Assembly (NCBI GenBank): GCA_016649875.1
Contig: JAENWW010000003.1
Span: 26,415 to 90,414 of the forward strand
DNA length: 64,000 bases
Direction of reading: 5' to 3'
From: Coriobacteriia bacterium
Lineage (GTDB): Bacteria; Actinomycetota; Coriobacteriia; WRKU01; JAENWW01
The position numbers and the translations under genes are program-made. Below the pieces are notes generated by a model, which searched no databases, had not been told where the DNA came from, and was given only the letters and a program-made list of their open reading frames with translations. How positions within the stretch are numbered: the first letter of the stretch is position 1; every line of letters begins with the position of its first letter. Below are positions 63,739 through 64,000 of this stretch, piece by piece.

Positions 63739-64000
63739 ATGAGCTGCACACAACGGAACGATACGAACGAGTCGCGTAAGGGCGGGGCACCGAAGGGCGG
63801 GGCTCATGTCGGCTCGGAGGCGGTCGTCGCATTGGTCGATGCCGTTCTCGGGGTCGCTGAAGAACTGTATCGCGATTTCGAGTGGAGGCGCACGGCGGAT
63901 CCTTATCGTGTGCTGGTTTCCGAGGTTATGCTACAGCAGACTCAGACGGTGCGTGTCATACGCTACTATGCGCGGTGGATCGAAAAGTTTCCGACCTTCG
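63739..64000 (+). CDS. mutY: A/G-specific adenine glycosylase MutY, N-terminal fragment (runs off the window)
   Basis: The HhH-GPD N-terminal motif PYRVLVSEVMLQQTQ...V..Y...W..FPT is present. Confidence 0.6.
   Translation, partial: MSCTQRNDTNESRKGGAPKGGAHVGSEAVVALVDAVLGVAEELYRDFEWRRTADPYRVLVSEVMLQQTQTVRVIRYYARWIEKFPTF

Overview
This window reads as a chromosomal origin-proximal core region from a high-GC Gram-positive genome. The gene content looks like Actinomycetota, possibly Coriobacteriia, but I cannot verify taxonomy from the sequence alone. It is not an obvious accessory island, and no CRISPR array, transposase or integrase was seen.

On the + strand the window opens with a DnaA-box cluster (oriC-like, about 376-1060) followed by the conserved rpmH-rnpA-yidD-yidC-jag block. 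After an intrinsic terminator come a promoter and two consensus parS sites (TGTTTCACGTGAAACA) in the leader of rsmG-parA-parB, then an AddB/AddA (AdnA/AdnB)-type helicase-nuclease pair. Further + strand genes are ddl, a CNNM/CorC transporter, a UPF0182 membrane protein, an RlpA-like protein and a FASII block (fabK-fabD-fabG-fabF-fabZ). The FASII block ends in an unusual three-part fusion of a biotin-carboxylase N-domain, AccD and AccA. Minus-strand genes in this first half include rlmN and an MTHFS-mntH-mgtE metal-transport block. The mgtE gene carries an N-terminal PRC-barrel extension and a roughly 280-nt leader.

The second half is mostly minus strand. A tRNA-Arg(CCT) and a tRNA-Leu(CAG) bracket the actinobacterial cell-division signalling cluster (STPK, fhaA, fhaB, pstP, rodA-pbpA, pknB). 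In this cluster RodA and PbpA are fused into one 918-aa SEDS-bPBP polypeptide. There is no pknA in the usual position; instead a non-RD kinase with a polytopic C-terminus sits upstream of fhaA. The window ends with a complete Gram-positive-style type IVa pilus locus: two tandem PilB paralogues, pilC, two pilin genes separated by an intrinsic terminator, pilD, two minor pilins, a 468-aa uncharacterised protein, pilMNO, a 279-aa uncharacterised membrane protein and a PilT carrying an N-terminal receiver-like extension. After the pilus locus come an FKBP PPIase and the start of mutY.

No new defence-type system is evident. The most novel-looking items are the gene fusions, the parS/promoter architecture and the pilus-locus accessories.
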